Shown here: positions 1 to 13,884 of the stretch, one piece after another
How the letters are laid out: each line of letters opens with the position of its first letter
Position numbering within the stretch: the first letter of the stretch is position 1
Origin: Camelus dromedarius
Taxonomy: Eukaryota
Direction of reading: 5' to 3'
Length of the DNA stretch: 64,000 nucleotides
Assembly: GCF_036321535.1 (NCBI RefSeq)
Contig: NC_087437.1
Coordinates: forward strand, 45,882,001 to 45,946,000
Position numbers and translations under genes: made by a program
Notes under the pieces: model-generated
Seen by the model: the letters and a program-made list of their open reading frames with translations, nothing else
The model's database searches: none
What the model was told of the DNA's origin: nothing

Positions 1-339
1 ATAATCTAAGACCATATACCTCCTTGCTTTATATTTATTCCTAAGATGAGTCTAGGTAACACAGGTTCTTCAGGATAGAAACATGTCTCTTACATAAAAT
101 GTACTTTTACATAGATAATGTGTGAGAGGTGTGTTTGTGCTACTGTCTCCTTTTACACGGGATGAAAGGGGCTAAGAAAACTTTATTTGCCTAGGGTTAC
201 ACAATCTTTTAAATTCCTGGAGCTAAGATTAAATTTCTGTGTGCTCCAATTCTAATTTTTTTGTTAACCCATGCATCCTTCATAATTTAAAAGGTAACAA
301 ACCTATAAGGAAAGGGGGAAACAACATTTATTATTCATT

Positions 340-1146
340 TGCTTTTTTTAATAAACAGCTCCACTGAGGTACAATTCACGTAACATAAATTTCACTCATT
401 TAAAGCGTGCAATTCAATTCAATGGTTTTTTAGTATGTTATATTAATAATTTAAAAATATTGTGGTCATATATAAAACTTGTCATTTTATTAAGTGTAAA
501 ATTCAATGGTATCAAATACATTCAAAATGTTGTGCAACCATCACCACTATTTCCAAAACTTTTTCATCACCCCAAACAGAAACTCTGCAACCCATTAAGC
601 AATAATTAAATTTCTCCCTCCTCCTAGCCCCTGATAATCTCAAAGTTTTACTTTTTGTCTCTATGAATCTGCCTATTCTGACTACTTCACATAAGTAGAA
701 CCACACTCTTTACCCTCTTGTGTCTCATTTATTTAACTTAGCATAATGTGTACAAGTTCTCTTGTATTATAGCATGTGTCAGAACTTCATTTATTTTTAC
801 GGCTGAATAATAATGCATTGTACTTATAGACTACATTCTGTTTATCCATTCATCTGCTGATGGACAGTAGGTTGTTCCCATCCTCTGGTGAATAATGCTG
901 GTATGAACACTGACATACAAGAATCTGTTCAAGTACCTGCTTTCAACTCTTTTGGATATATACCTAGCAGCAGAATTACTGAGTCATATGGTATTTCTAT
1001 GTTCAGCTTTTCGAGGAACTGTCATATTGTTTCCCACAATGACTTATACCATTTTCCATACCTGCTAGCAGAGTATAAGGATTCTAATTTCTCCACATTA
1101 TCCTAAACATTGTTTTTTATTGCCATTGAATGGGTATAAAGTGGTA
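340..1146 (-). mobile_element. Old L1 (L1MA/L1MB-like) 3' end fragments, probably two stacked 3' termini (~340-440 and ~445-1146)
   Basis: Typical antisense L1 3'UTR/ORF2-end text: 'aaatgttgtgcaaccatcaccact', 'tttatccattcatctgctgatggaca', 'tcttttggatatatacctagcag'. Confidence 0.8.
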
Positions 1147-1259
1147 AGGTAACTCATTATGACTCATATATAATCATGATTTATGCTTTATGTAAGAGTG
1201 TATATGGAAGAAAATAGAGTATAAGAATTAAAATATGGTAGTTTGGAAAGCATGGTAGA

Positions 1260-4200
1260 CTTTCATTTCTGGTTAAGACGGAGTAACACGGACCAAATTT
1301 ACCTTGTGCTCCAAACAACCAAAAAAACTACAAAATACGTAAAATAACAGTTTAAGACTCTGGACATCAGGCAACAAAGGACAGTGATTCCTGACAGAAA
1401 AAAAAAAAAAAATCAACCAAACATGTGCCTTTATAACTTGGCACAAGGAAGAGGAAACTCCCTAGGCAGAGTCCAGTGAAATTCCTGAGCTGAAGGGATA
1501 AAGCTGAGGATCTGGGGAGACAAAGGCAGCTAGAATTCATGGGAAAAAGTACAGGAAAAGTGACAGCCACACAGCAGAGAATTCTGAAGATCTGCAGCAG
1601 GCCCTACTCACAAATTTAGCTGAGTACTAATGAGCACGAGCATGTGAAGACACTAGCTGAGACCTGGGGGAAAACCACTCAACAGAATTAAAAGGAACAA
1701 TGTCTGATACTCAAGGGTACACCGGAATAGAAAACGTCTTAACTCATGGAGTACTGATTAGAGTACACTTAGGTCCTTGCCTGGTACTAGTCAGGAAATA
1801 ATCAGTCCTACAGTGAGCACTGTTTCACTGCCATTTAACATATCTTATAAGTATGATCCAAAAGGCTCAAACCATTTCTGTGTTCCAGAACAAAGTTCAC
1901 AGACACTTACAAGAATACAAAAATACCCAGCAAGCAAAAAGGTAAAATTCACAATGTCTCACTTCTAATCAAAAGTAAAAAGGCATGCAAAGATACAGGA
2001 AAATATCACCGAGATGAGGAGAAAAATCAAATCATCGGAAGTGACCCAGAACAGACAGAGATGTCAGAGTCAGCAGACAGACAGTCAAGCACTTGTAGCT
2101 ACCTATCACATGTTCAGTTAAGTAGAGACATGGAAGATGTAGAAAAGACCTAAATTAAACTTCTACAGATTAAAACTGAAACATGTGAGGTAGAAATGTA
2201 CTGGATGGATGAACTGAAGATTAGATATTACAGAAGAAAAAAACCCGTGACCTTGAAAACAGCAAAGGAACTATTAAAAAAAAATTTTTTAAGCCAACAG
2301 AGAAAGACTGAATAAAAAAATGAACAGATCATCAGTGTACTGTGGGACATCAAGCAGATTAATAAACATACACAGAATTTCAGGTTAAAAAGTGGGGGGG
2401 GGATACATTTAAAAAAAAATAATGGTCAAAAGTTTTCAAATTTGAAGAAAACTATGAACAAATACATCCAAGAAGCTCCAAGGACATGAAACATAAAGAA
2501 AACTAAACCAAGGTACAACATACTCAAATTGTTTAAAATCAATGATTAAAAAGAAAATTTTAAAAGCAGCCAGAGAAAACAAAACAAATTATGTACAGAG
2601 AAATAAGGATGAAAATGTTAGCAAGTTAAGTTGGAAATTAGGTAAATAAGAGAATAGAGCAACATTTTCCTTAAAGTACTGAAAAAATATCTTTCAAAAA
2701 TGAAGGTGAAATAAAGATCTACTCATATATATCAAAATTTTAAAAATTCATCAACATTAGATTTGCACTATAAGGAATGTTAAAGCAGTTCAGGCAGAAG
2801 ATAAATGCTACCATATCAAACCATGTATGCAAAGGAATGAAGAGTTGGAAATGGTTACGACATGAGAAAAATTATTTTATTATTTAATGCCTTTAAAATA
2901 TCACTTGAAGGCAGATGGTGTTAAATTAATGTGTACTATAAATGACAATGCAACCATAAAAATGAAAGATTTATAGTTAATAGCCCACCAAATAAAAAAT
3001 ACAATCATAAAAATATTCAATTACTCCAAATGGAAGCAACAAAATAGGAAAAGAATAGATAAATAGAACTATAATCTAGTTGCAATCAGTAATTCTATTA
3101 AACATAAGTAGCCTAAATACTGCCATTAAAAGGCAGATGTTAATATTTTATGAATAAGCAATATATGGCACATACAGAAAATACATTTCAAATATAAAGA
3201 CATCAAGAGACTGAAAGTAAAAGCATGGAGAAATACATACCATGCCAACACTAACCAAAAGAAAACTGGAAGGGCTATATTAATATCAGAGAAGGTAGAT
3301 TTCAAAGCACAGAAAACGAAATGGGAAAAGGAGGGTCTTAAACAAAATAGTAAAGGGGTAAATTCAACATAAGGATGCACCATTCCTAAATGTTCATGCC
3401 CCTAATAACATTGTTTCAAACTACATGAGGCAAAAATGGACAGAGCTTCAAAAAAAAAAATTACTATTTTCCAGTTATTGTAGATGATTTCAATATCCCT
3501 CTTCTCAGTAACAGACAGCATGAGTAGAAAGAAAATTCAGTAAGGGCTATAAAAGATTTGAACAACATTATCAAAAACCTTGACCTAAATGACATTTATG
3601 GGAACAATGGAATTAAATCACAAATCAGTATTACAAAGTTCTTGGGAAATTTCCTAAATAATCTGAAATTAGCATACTTCTAAATAACCCATGGGTCAAA
3701 GAAGAAATAAAAATTAAACTAAAAAAGATTTTGAACTGAATGAAAACACAACATATAAAAAATTGTGAGATGTCACTAAGTAGTAGTTAAAGTTAAATTT
3801 ATAGCACTAAATATCCATTATTAGAAAAGCAGGAAGGTCTCAAACCATTGACCCCAACTTCCACATCAAGCAAACAGAAAAACAGCAAATTAGATTGACA
3901 CAAAGCATAAGATATAAATGAACAACTTAATAAATTAAGGAATTCATTAACATTAATAACATCTGGTCTTTGAGGGACACTGCCAAAACAATGCAAAGAC
4001 AAGTCACAGACTGTGAGACAATATTTGTAAATACTTGATAAAGGACTTGTATCCAGAACATATAAAGAGCTCACAAAACTCAACAATAAGAAAACAATAA
4101 ACAATTAAAAATCCAAAGATTTGAATAGACACTTCGCCAAAGAAGATATACAGATGGTAAATTAGCATATGACAAAGAGATGCTCAACATTATTAGTCAT

Positions 4201-4812
4201 TAGAAAATGCAAATGAAAAACACATTGAGACACCACTACATACTTATTAGTGTGGCTACAAGTAAAAAGTCTGACCACATACCAAGTGCTGGCAAGGATA
4301 TGGAGGGGCTGGATTACCCACTGCTGTTGAGAATGTAAGCCAGTTTGGAAAACATAAACTTTGGAAAAAAGTTTGGCAGTTTATTAACAAGTTAAACATA
4401 TACCTACCATATATCTAGCCATTACATCCCTAAGTCTTTACAGAAGAGAAACAAAAACACAAGATCATATAAAAAGACTTGTACATGAATATTGATAGCA
4501 GTTTTTTTTGTAATAGCTAAAACCTGGACACATCAAACTTGTGTCAACAGGTAAATAAATAAATAAACTGGTATATCAACATAATGAATACTACTCATAA
4601 ATCAAAAGGAATGTAAAATAATTATGCAGAGTGAAAGAAACCAGACCAAAAAAAGAACAGACACTATGTGATTCTATTTACATAATGTAAACTAATTTCT
4701 GGTGACAGAAAGACTATCAGTGGTTGCCTGGGGAAGAGGAAGGGAATGATTTCAAAGGGGCAGAAAGAAACTTCTGAAGCAAACGGATGTATTCATTGTC
4801 TTGAATGTGGTC
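1260..4812 (+). mobile_element. Degenerate, internally deleted old L1 (L1MC/MD-like): 5'UTR, ORF1 remnant, endonuclease remnant, ORF2 C-terminus and 3'UTR
   Basis: A-rich plus strand. ORF1-like 'ttttaaaagcagccagagaaaa'. EN-like 'gctatattaatatcagagaaggtagatttcaaagc'. 3' part 'gatttgaatagacacttcgccaaagaagatatacagatgg'. Flanked by near-identical aaagcatgg(t/c)aga. Confidence 0.8.
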
Positions 4813-5779
4813 AAAAAGCATGGCAGAAAGAACATTATGGGTAAAAAGCTTATTTATTTGTAAAATGACTTCAACACCATCTACCTCACTGGGCTGTAGA
4901 CAAAACTAAACGGGATCATGTATATACAAAGAGTGTCAACTTCAGCCCAAAGGTAGTACACACTTTATGGTAGCTACTAACAGCGTCACATGTACACTTG
5001 TTTCAATTTTCCAACACTCCTAGGAGGTAGGAGAAACTTTTAGGCAGAACAGCCAGAGGTCTAAGAGAATTCTATCTAAGTAAGGACTAGAAACAAAGGT
5101 GAAGAGAAAATAAAACAGGTAAAAACTGATGTGTAAATGCTTATTAATGTGGCCAGTCTTAAGCTGAACTGTGCAACATAATGCTTGCAAAATTGTTATT
5201 CAGATATTACTGAAAAATCATGTTGTACCTTATTTGGCTTGTTTAATCACGTTAAATGGAGAAATACAAAAAAGCAAAATGTCAGAAGCTTTATGTAAAA
5301 AGGGTTGTTACCAAAGATTTGAAAATAACCAGTTACTTAAGTCAGTCTCCAATTCAGAACTCTTCCCAAACACAACAAAATCTTGAAAGAAGCAGTTAAA
5401 TCAGGCAGTACTAAAACTACTGTTTTAATAGTTAGGTATCTCATTCCAGTTTAGCATCAGTTAACTGTCATGAGGAAGTTCCCTGAAAGCAGGCACAAAA
5501 GTTCTAGGCAGGGGAACGGGCACTAAAATCCAGCTGCCTACACAGGATGTATGCATGCCCTGGTGCATGGCTGTGTACCATGGAGAAAGGAGCACACTGT
5601 CTTGAGGGTCAGATTTATTAGATATAAGGATCAAACTACTTCTTAAAAGAGAAAGCCATCTAAAGCACCAAAGTGCCAGCTATAGCAGGAAAGCCTGCAT
5701 CATTTCAGGTACAACAGCAGAAATGATTTAGATACATAAACCCAAAATGAAAAATGACAGTATCTAAATTTGTAGGAGT

Positions 5780-5955
5780 TGATACAATATTTTCATATAC
5801 ATTAGTCTTATCCTCTTAACAAATGGTATTACTTCTATCCCTCATTTACAGATAGAGAAAATGAGGCTCAGAAAGGTTAAATGACTTGTTAAGTGGGGTG
5901 GAACTGACAATCAAACCTAGACCTCCTGATTCAAAAATCTATGTTCTTATACCAT
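5780..5955 (-). mobile_element. MIR SINE
   Basis: Core 'catttacagatagagaaaatgaggctcagaaaggttaaatgacttg'. Confidence 0.75.
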
Positions 5956-6177
5956 TAAATAATACCAACCCTAATTGCACCAGGCTGCAAATGCTTTTAT
6001 ATGCTACATTTTACAGAAAATGTCTGATGATCCTCTGACAATTAACAATCTAAAAGTCATGGAACATCAACTCCTCAAAGAACTGGTAACAAGATTGATA
6101 GTTGATATTTCAAGATTTTAAATGAATTATACGCTATTAAGTTTAATTAGAAAAATAAAAGAAAACCATAGTTCTTA

Positions 6178-6291
<114 letters not shown>

Positions 6292-7197
6292 TTAAAAGGA
6301 ACTTATCACAGATGCATAAATTAGGTGCCTAACTATATTAAAGCAATATGAAACAACAGTGTGCATTTAACTTTGTAACATTTACCATTAGTAAAATGAG
6401 GCTATAAACCATTTTGGGGGGAAATTATTATTAACCAGTTTAATTTTTCTCTGGTGATTTTTCATCAGTCAACTTACTTCAAATAATAATTACTGGTTGT
6501 CCACAAAGTACCAGACATTATATGAGACTGCTTAAGAAACTCCAAAGATTTTTACAGCTATTTAAGCTATAAGGAGGCGAATGCCTGGTTACTAATCAGC
6601 TAATTCCCAATACTAAGATTTATAAAGCTCACATTTACATACAAAGGCAGGCTGAATTTTGAGAATAATTAAAACTGTCTTATATATTACAATCAAAGTA
6701 TGATATACAAATCTGAATGCACATAGTCTTAATTCCTTTAATACCCTCCCATCACTAATTTTATAATTTTGCGGTCATAAAGTATTTTACAGTGGCAGTA
6801 ACGATTAATAAGGGTTTTTCTTCCCATTCCTGGCACCCTTCACTTCTCTTCCCTTTTTCTCTCTACTTCCCTTTCAGCAACACACTCAGTTAAAGATGAG
6901 CATGTACTTTCCTGGATTAAAATAATCTTAAATCTTGTATCCATTTCGGGAGGTGTGGTAAAGGAAATAACTTTAAAAAAATGAAGGAGAAAGAAGGCCA
7001 CGCTTTGACCTAACTATATTTAGCAGCCTCATGAGGTGAAAAGAGCTGGAAAGATATGGCATTTCTTACATTTTCACAATTAAGCATCAGGAGTTCAGCT
7101 AACAGACTGGCTCTAAGATTCCTCATCTAGTCACTCTAGTACTTGTGGTCAGTATTTTCAATTACACTCTTTAACAAATTAATCTTTACAAAAGTTA

Positions 7198-7320
<123 letters not shown>

Positions 7321-7406
7321 TCAAAAGGAAAAACATTAAAATTACTTTAAGCTTTGTAATTTAGTTCAACAATAACAGCAAATGAAAAGAAAAATGCTTC
7401 ATTTAC

Positions 7407-7470
7407 CATCTTTTGTCCATATTCTGGCAAACCCATCATAGGAACCAGTTGCTAGAAGTGTACCTTCACT
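7407..7470 (-). CDS. TBL1XR1: TBL1XR1 coding exon 6 (64 nt): SEGTLLATGSYDGFARIWTKD(G)
   Basis: Contains WD40 motif LATGSYDG..RIW. Acceptor tttctctgacag and donor ATG|gtaaat. Confidence 0.97.
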
Positions 7471-9930
7471 CTGTCAGAGAAACACACTTCTTTCAATTAT
7501 ATAATCCAGAAAGAGCATTTAATGTTAGAATACTTCATGCTTAAATCCCAGGTATAGCAGCTCTGTGAATTTCTCTGCTTCAAAACCTTCAGTTTCGCTT
7601 ATCCTGAAGTGTCAACAAAGGCCTATGAAGCAACCCTTCATTGCCATGAAGCTGGTAGTTTGGCAGCATCTGGTCACTGTGAGCCCCGCACATTCAAACC
7701 TCAAGGATGGCAGGGACTACTCTGGAGCAGGATCAGTATCACTCTCATGCATGCTAAGCATGCTAAGGTGCACCTATATTCTCACACATGCGCACGACTG
7801 AAGATGGGGGTGGGGGGTGGTTCGTGGGAAGGACATCAAAATCATAATGTTACAATGATTTAATAAAAGTAAAAAGCAAAATTGCCCAAAATATTTCATT
7901 ACGATTACATGTTTTTTATATGGTCCTCCCTCTAAATCTTTTACTGTCTGAACTGTGCATGTGTGTGTGATCCAAACAATATTGTTGTTTCAGATGACCA
8001 GATCCTTAAATATCACTGAATGTTTCTTCCCTTTGTTAATTCTTTCCCAGTATGAAATCCTCACCAATAAAAACAGCAACCTTAAAAAAAATAACCAGAA
8101 GAGAGTGTAGGATGACTTTATAGGTAATGGAGTGAGCACAACTTCCTGCACTACCCTCCACGAGGAGAAATCATCCCAGTTTCTCTAATCTGGTAATTCC
8201 CTTACTATGCCCTGCCTTGATTAATGGTACAGTGAAGGACAATTCTAATTTCCTCCATGGAAATGCTAGTTACAGGGTGCATTGAACTGTTTCTGGGATG
8301 AGTAAAATGTTACTGGAGAAACAGAATGAAATCTAGCCTTAGTACTTTTGCGATACTATTATTAACGGCACTGAAAACAATAACGCCTTTTTCAGACCTC
8401 TCAAGCCATTTAGCTGTACAGGTAAGTGACAAATAAATGCTGGTTCTAGGGGTAGTAGATTAAGTTTTGCCAGATTTGGAAATCCCCTATGGCTCTACCT
8501 AAGGAAGAAGGGGCAACGTTGAAGCCAACAGCTCTGTACAATGGAAAGTTTCCTTTAAACTAACGGTCCCCAAATGTTTTAGTTCATGGACCACTAAAGT
8601 AGGAATGATCAGACACCTCACAGGCTCTTACTGTAGTCATGGGAAAGAACCATCAATCAACAATAATGTTTTCCCATTTTAGTAGAAGATTTAAATTCAT
8701 TGTGAATAATAAATCTGAAAAGTACACACTTTTTTAAAAACCTTTAACTTGCAGTTCAGAACCACCTTGCTCAACAAATCATCTGTTAACCATCCTTTTC
8801 AGTGTTACCTGTAAATTTCATTAAATTAACATGGTCTCCGAGCCAAATAGCTCAAGAAGGCTACAAAGCCTTTGCCCTGTGGTACAGTAAGGTCCCATAT
8901 TAAGAAGACAGTTTTCAGTTCTGACCCTGTAACCAAGTAATACTGAAATGAGCTAAACCTCTTCATTTTTAGAATTACCAGCTTTATAGAAGGGGAAGGA
9001 TAAAAACATTGTTGGAAAGTTGGAAGAAAACACCAAAAAACCTGCCTATGAGTTCTGGAAGAATTTCACAGAAACCGAGAACTTTAGCTAGAGCAATCCT
9101 TGTTAAAAACAGATCTCATTCTTTGGAATGAGACTTGGAAGACTCTTTGGAAAGCCCCACAAAAAGTTGGTAAACAGAGGCCAGAGAAGGAAAGGATGTT
9201 CACTTAATGGAAGGACAGCTGACCCCTAAAATTCCTGGTGTCACTGACATAGTCTTAGAGTCTTCTTAGAATGTGGGTTGGGGGACGGTGGGGAGGGTTT
9301 AAAAAAAAATGGTTGCAAAGTTACAAGGAAGGAAAAAGACAACATGGAATAAAGAAAAAGATTCAATAACTTTAAAATGCTAATTTCTCACAAATTAATC
9401 ATGGGAATGGAACAAAGCTGTTAATCATGTATTTGAAACTGAAAGGGTGATGAAGCTCTATCAATAATGAAGTAAAATTTTCTGGTAAGTCAGTAGTCAA
9501 GTTATCCTTGAAAGATGATGTTTCAATATAGAATTGGAGAACTGTAAGAGTCCTACAGCCAGAATAAAGCTTGGAAGTAATCTAGACTAACAGTCCCTAA
9601 AACGCAGCCGACAATGAAGTTTTCATCAGTTCCCAGAAAAATTAGAGAAACAAGAACACGTTTTTATTATATAGATTTTTCTTATTCCCCCAGCAAAGGA
9701 TTTAGTAGTTAAGAACTTGGTATTTGCCTGTTACTGATTTTCATCTATTATGTCATTTAAGTAGATATCATTTAATACACTTATATTTTACATGTGAGGA
9801 AAAGAAGCAGAGAGCAATCGACCACCAGTTTTACAGAGATCCTGTAGGTAGATAAACTGAGGAACTGAAAGGCCAGTCTTTGTTTTTAACATTGCATTTC
9901 AGGGTGGGGACTCCTAATTTGTTGTTATTA

Positions 9931-10230
<300 letters not shown>

Positions 10231-10508
10231 TCAAGTATTCCAGAAATAAGGCGACACATGTATATCCTATTATTAATACAGCAAACAAAAACTAGGCTAC
10301 CAGGGATTTTCATTTCCAGTATTTTTCTCAGTCTTCATTCTGGCAGCCACGGACTCCTGAAGTTAAGTTTAATTAAAACATCTAAGATTGCTTCATGAAG
10401 AAATAAAGATTTACAGAGGCAAAATGACCACAAACAAGCAACACAAAACACCTGAAAATTTAAGTAATGTATTCATAAAATGTGTAGCAGTTCAGTATAA
10501 TATTTTCA

Positions 10509-10793
<285 letters not shown>

Positions 10794-11393
10794 TCAGATA
10801 GTGGTGAAAATGACTCTACAGTTACCTATCACATGAAAAACATTCTCATCTTTAGTTAAGCATGAGCATACTACTTTTAAAAGAGACATATATGAGTATG
10901 TGTTCAGAGGTAGGGGTCACAGTGTACAGAAGAGGAAGACAGTGAAAGGTTAGACCCAAACACGGCTGATAAGATAAAATGATTTCAATTAAATATAATC
11001 CATGCCAACACTATTCTGAGTTTCTGCCAGTAGGGGTTGCTGATATCATTCACGTAACATTAGAGTTGCCTTTATATCTCTGTGTTAAAGCTTTATTCTA
11101 TTTGTTAAAAACCAGTGTTACAGATTATATTTAGAAATCAAATGCAGACACAAAATTCATTTTAACAGTAGAAAAATGGTTTCTAAATATTTAAGAAGGA
11201 AAATAAAATCTATGAAAGTAAATCTAGCTTTCTAGAGCCGTAAGGCATAACAATCTGAACTGTGTAATACACATCAGGGGAACAAGCTGGCATAAATGAA
11301 ACAGTTAGTTACTTCAGCTAGAAAATGAGGCATGCCACAAAACAAAACACTTTTTCTGAAAAGGAATTTTTAAAACTTCTTGTCGCGGCTCAC

Positions 11394-11616
11394 TTGCTAT
11401 AGTATGTGCTCCATTCTCCTCCCCGTTTGCTGTGTTCTCTCCATTTTTTGCAGAGCCTTGTTGGCTGGCGGCAGCTGCGGCAGCTGCGGCAGCAGCTGCT
11501 TGTTGCTGCGCGAGCTTATCTCTGTAAGCTTGCTGTCTTGTCTGTACTACATCAGGCATCACGGCGTCTATCAGGGACAGGGACTCTATTGGCCGACCAT
11601 CAAACAAGGTACCATC
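11394..11616 (-). CDS. TBL1XR1: TBL1XR1 coding exon 3 (223 nt): [40 protein letters not shown]11[24 protein letters not shown](N)
   Basis: Lies inside track ORF 11314..11658(-). Acceptor tttccacatccag and donor CAA|gtgagc. The poly-Ala linker distinguishes TBL1XR1 from TBL1X as I recall them. Confidence 0.98.
11467..11499 (-). repeat. Imperfect GCN repeat encoding 11 alanines
   Basis: Minus strand GCA GCT GCT GCC GCA GCT GCC GCA GCT GCC GCC. Confidence 0.95.
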
Positions 11617-12203
11617 CTGGATGTGGAAAATTGTGAGAAGAAAAATCAAAGGTGACACATTTAGGGTAACTTGTATTCGTACAAGTCAACAGCAGAAATG
11701 AAAACCTTCATTCTAAGAAAAAATACTTTTAGATAATTTTCTGAACGCATGTAAGACGGAGAGGAATCAGGAGGGAAGAAGGCAACTACAAGAAGCGCTG
11801 CAAACAGCTGCTTCGATCTTCCTCCTCCCCCAAGTCACACTGCTAAATGCTGAACAGATCAAAGCTGAAATGCCGAGAAGAATAATAAAAACTAGGCCCA
11901 GATGAATAAAAAGGCTTATTAAATTACCTTTCAAGATTCAGTTAGTCAAAAGCAGTAAGGAGCAGTTCACACAACGAAAAGGCATTTAGCGCCATATTTT
12001 ACTTCTTTAAAACTAAAAACTTTAAAAATAGCTTTGTTGGACTCAACAGTTTTTTGTGATTTGACTAAAATATTAAAACAGATACAGACTTCAGATATTA
12101 TGCCACACAATCGTCTCATTTTGCTAATGCTGAAATATAAGCACAATAAGGTTTAAAGACTTGAAGTTACACAGCCAGTCAGTCGCAACTGGGATCTGTA
12201 ACT

Positions 12204-12371
12204 CGTGGTATTTCAAGTGCAGTCCAAGGACCAACAGCCCCACCATCACTTGGTCTTGTTAGAAATATAGATTCAAACCTACAGAATCAAGATCTCTGAA
12301 GGGCCCAGGAATCTGTGTTTTAAGGAACTCTCTGGGGGAGTCTTATGTGCACTAACATTTGAGAAGTATCA
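12204..12371. mobile_element. MER5A-family hAT MITE, inserted in a MIR-like fragment
   Basis: 'gggcccaggaatctgtgttttaag...tttgagaag' pattern. Degenerate 8-bp TSD ctgtaact (12196-12203) / ccataact (12372-12379). Confidence 0.7.
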
Positions 12372-13106
12372 CCATAACTCACAGGCTAGTGCTCTTTGAT
12401 TTTATCGACTTGCTCTAATTTTCCAAAGCTCCTTTCACTGGTATTAGGAAATTCACAATTAGTAAGTTCCCCAGCAAGCACAAGAAGAGAGGCACAGAGC
12501 AAGTCAGAAATAGAAACAGTGCCTAATAGCTAGGAACATGTGTATGTGAAGCCTAGCTCACTTAAGCGAGTGAATGTGCACCACTGGTAATCTGCAGTGA
12601 CGTTACAGGGGCTCAAAGTCACAAAACACAGCACATCTTTCTGCACTGTCAGTTGTAACGGAGTATTTGAAGAGTAGGAGAAAATGTTTTAACTTATTTT
12701 AAGCAACTTAAAAAATATTAAAACCAACACACATACATTGTAGTTTATATTAAATCTACAAAAAAATTTTCAGATAAAATGAGACTTCATCTCTAGTAGA
12801 AACTGTTTATGGTCCTCTACAAAAAAGGACACTTTGGGAGGCAAAGTGTTAAAAGATGATGCGGACACTTTTAATTTAGTATTAGGGGACTTTCAGTTAT
12901 AATAAGTGATGTGGAAACTAAAAAGTAGTCAATTTTAGTGTATCATATAATTATAGTTAATAAATATTGACGCAGAAACCACGGATACTTCAGCTTTTAA
13001 AATACCTGCAAAAGGAAAGGGGAACATGTTAATCTCTGAAACAAAAATAAGGTAAAAAGTTCCATGTATCATAAATTCCGACCATAAATGAAAATGTTCA
13101 GCTGCA

Positions 13107-13321
13107 CCAAAGTTTGCAAACTTTTTCTGTATCAGACCAGACAGTAAATATTTTAGGCTTTGCAGACCACAAGGTCTCTGTCACCACCACTTAATTCTGT
13201 CACTGCAGCACAAAAGCAGCCAGGCAGCAGTAGAGGAAGGCGTGTGGCTGTGTACCAAGCAAACTTCATAAACATAAGCAACAGGCAAGTCTGGCTCATG
13301 GGTCACAGCTGGCTGACCCCC
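13107..13321. mobile_element. MER58A-like hAT MITE
   Basis: 'gcaaactttttctgta...cagtaaatattttaggctttgcagacca' and terminal 'gctgacccc'. Confidence 0.8.
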
Positions 13322-13698
13322 ACGTTAAACTACCTAAACTATATAAGCCTTACATAGGTAACAGTATCGAGACTTGGCTTTGATTATAAACTGCCTTCCA
13401 AAATCTGGTAAAACCTAATATCCTGAGATTTTCTAATTTTGCAAACCATCATTTATGGTCTTAAAGAAAATTATTTCTTACTGTTTCGTATAAAACCATA
13501 TAAAGAGAAATAAGCTACAGATAATGGTCCTTACAGTTGGGAGCCAACATGCCTTGCCTGTGTGACGGGGCTGGCACGCTGGGAACAGTGCCCTTCAGTT
13601 TTGTTAGCCTGGTGAAGCTGAAGTCAGACAATGAACGAGTATACAAAATATCAGATATTTAGGGACATATTTAGGAGTAAGAAGTAGTATTTGAACTA

Positions 13699-13884
<186 letters not shown>

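Noticed and set aside
3080..4500. Functional L1 ORF2 or reverse-transcriptase system
   Set aside because: Many stops and frameshifts, no long plus-strand ORF, and the RT region appears to be missing.
11380..11655. Two plus-strand ORFs (91 and 76 aa) antisense to the poly-Ala exon
   Set aside because: These are shadow ORFs caused by the GC-rich, stop-poor coding exon, with no independent evidence.
11314..11658. 114-aa ORF as a stand-alone gene
   Set aside because: Only 11394-11616 is exon. The flanking residues are read-through into introns beyond clear splice sites.
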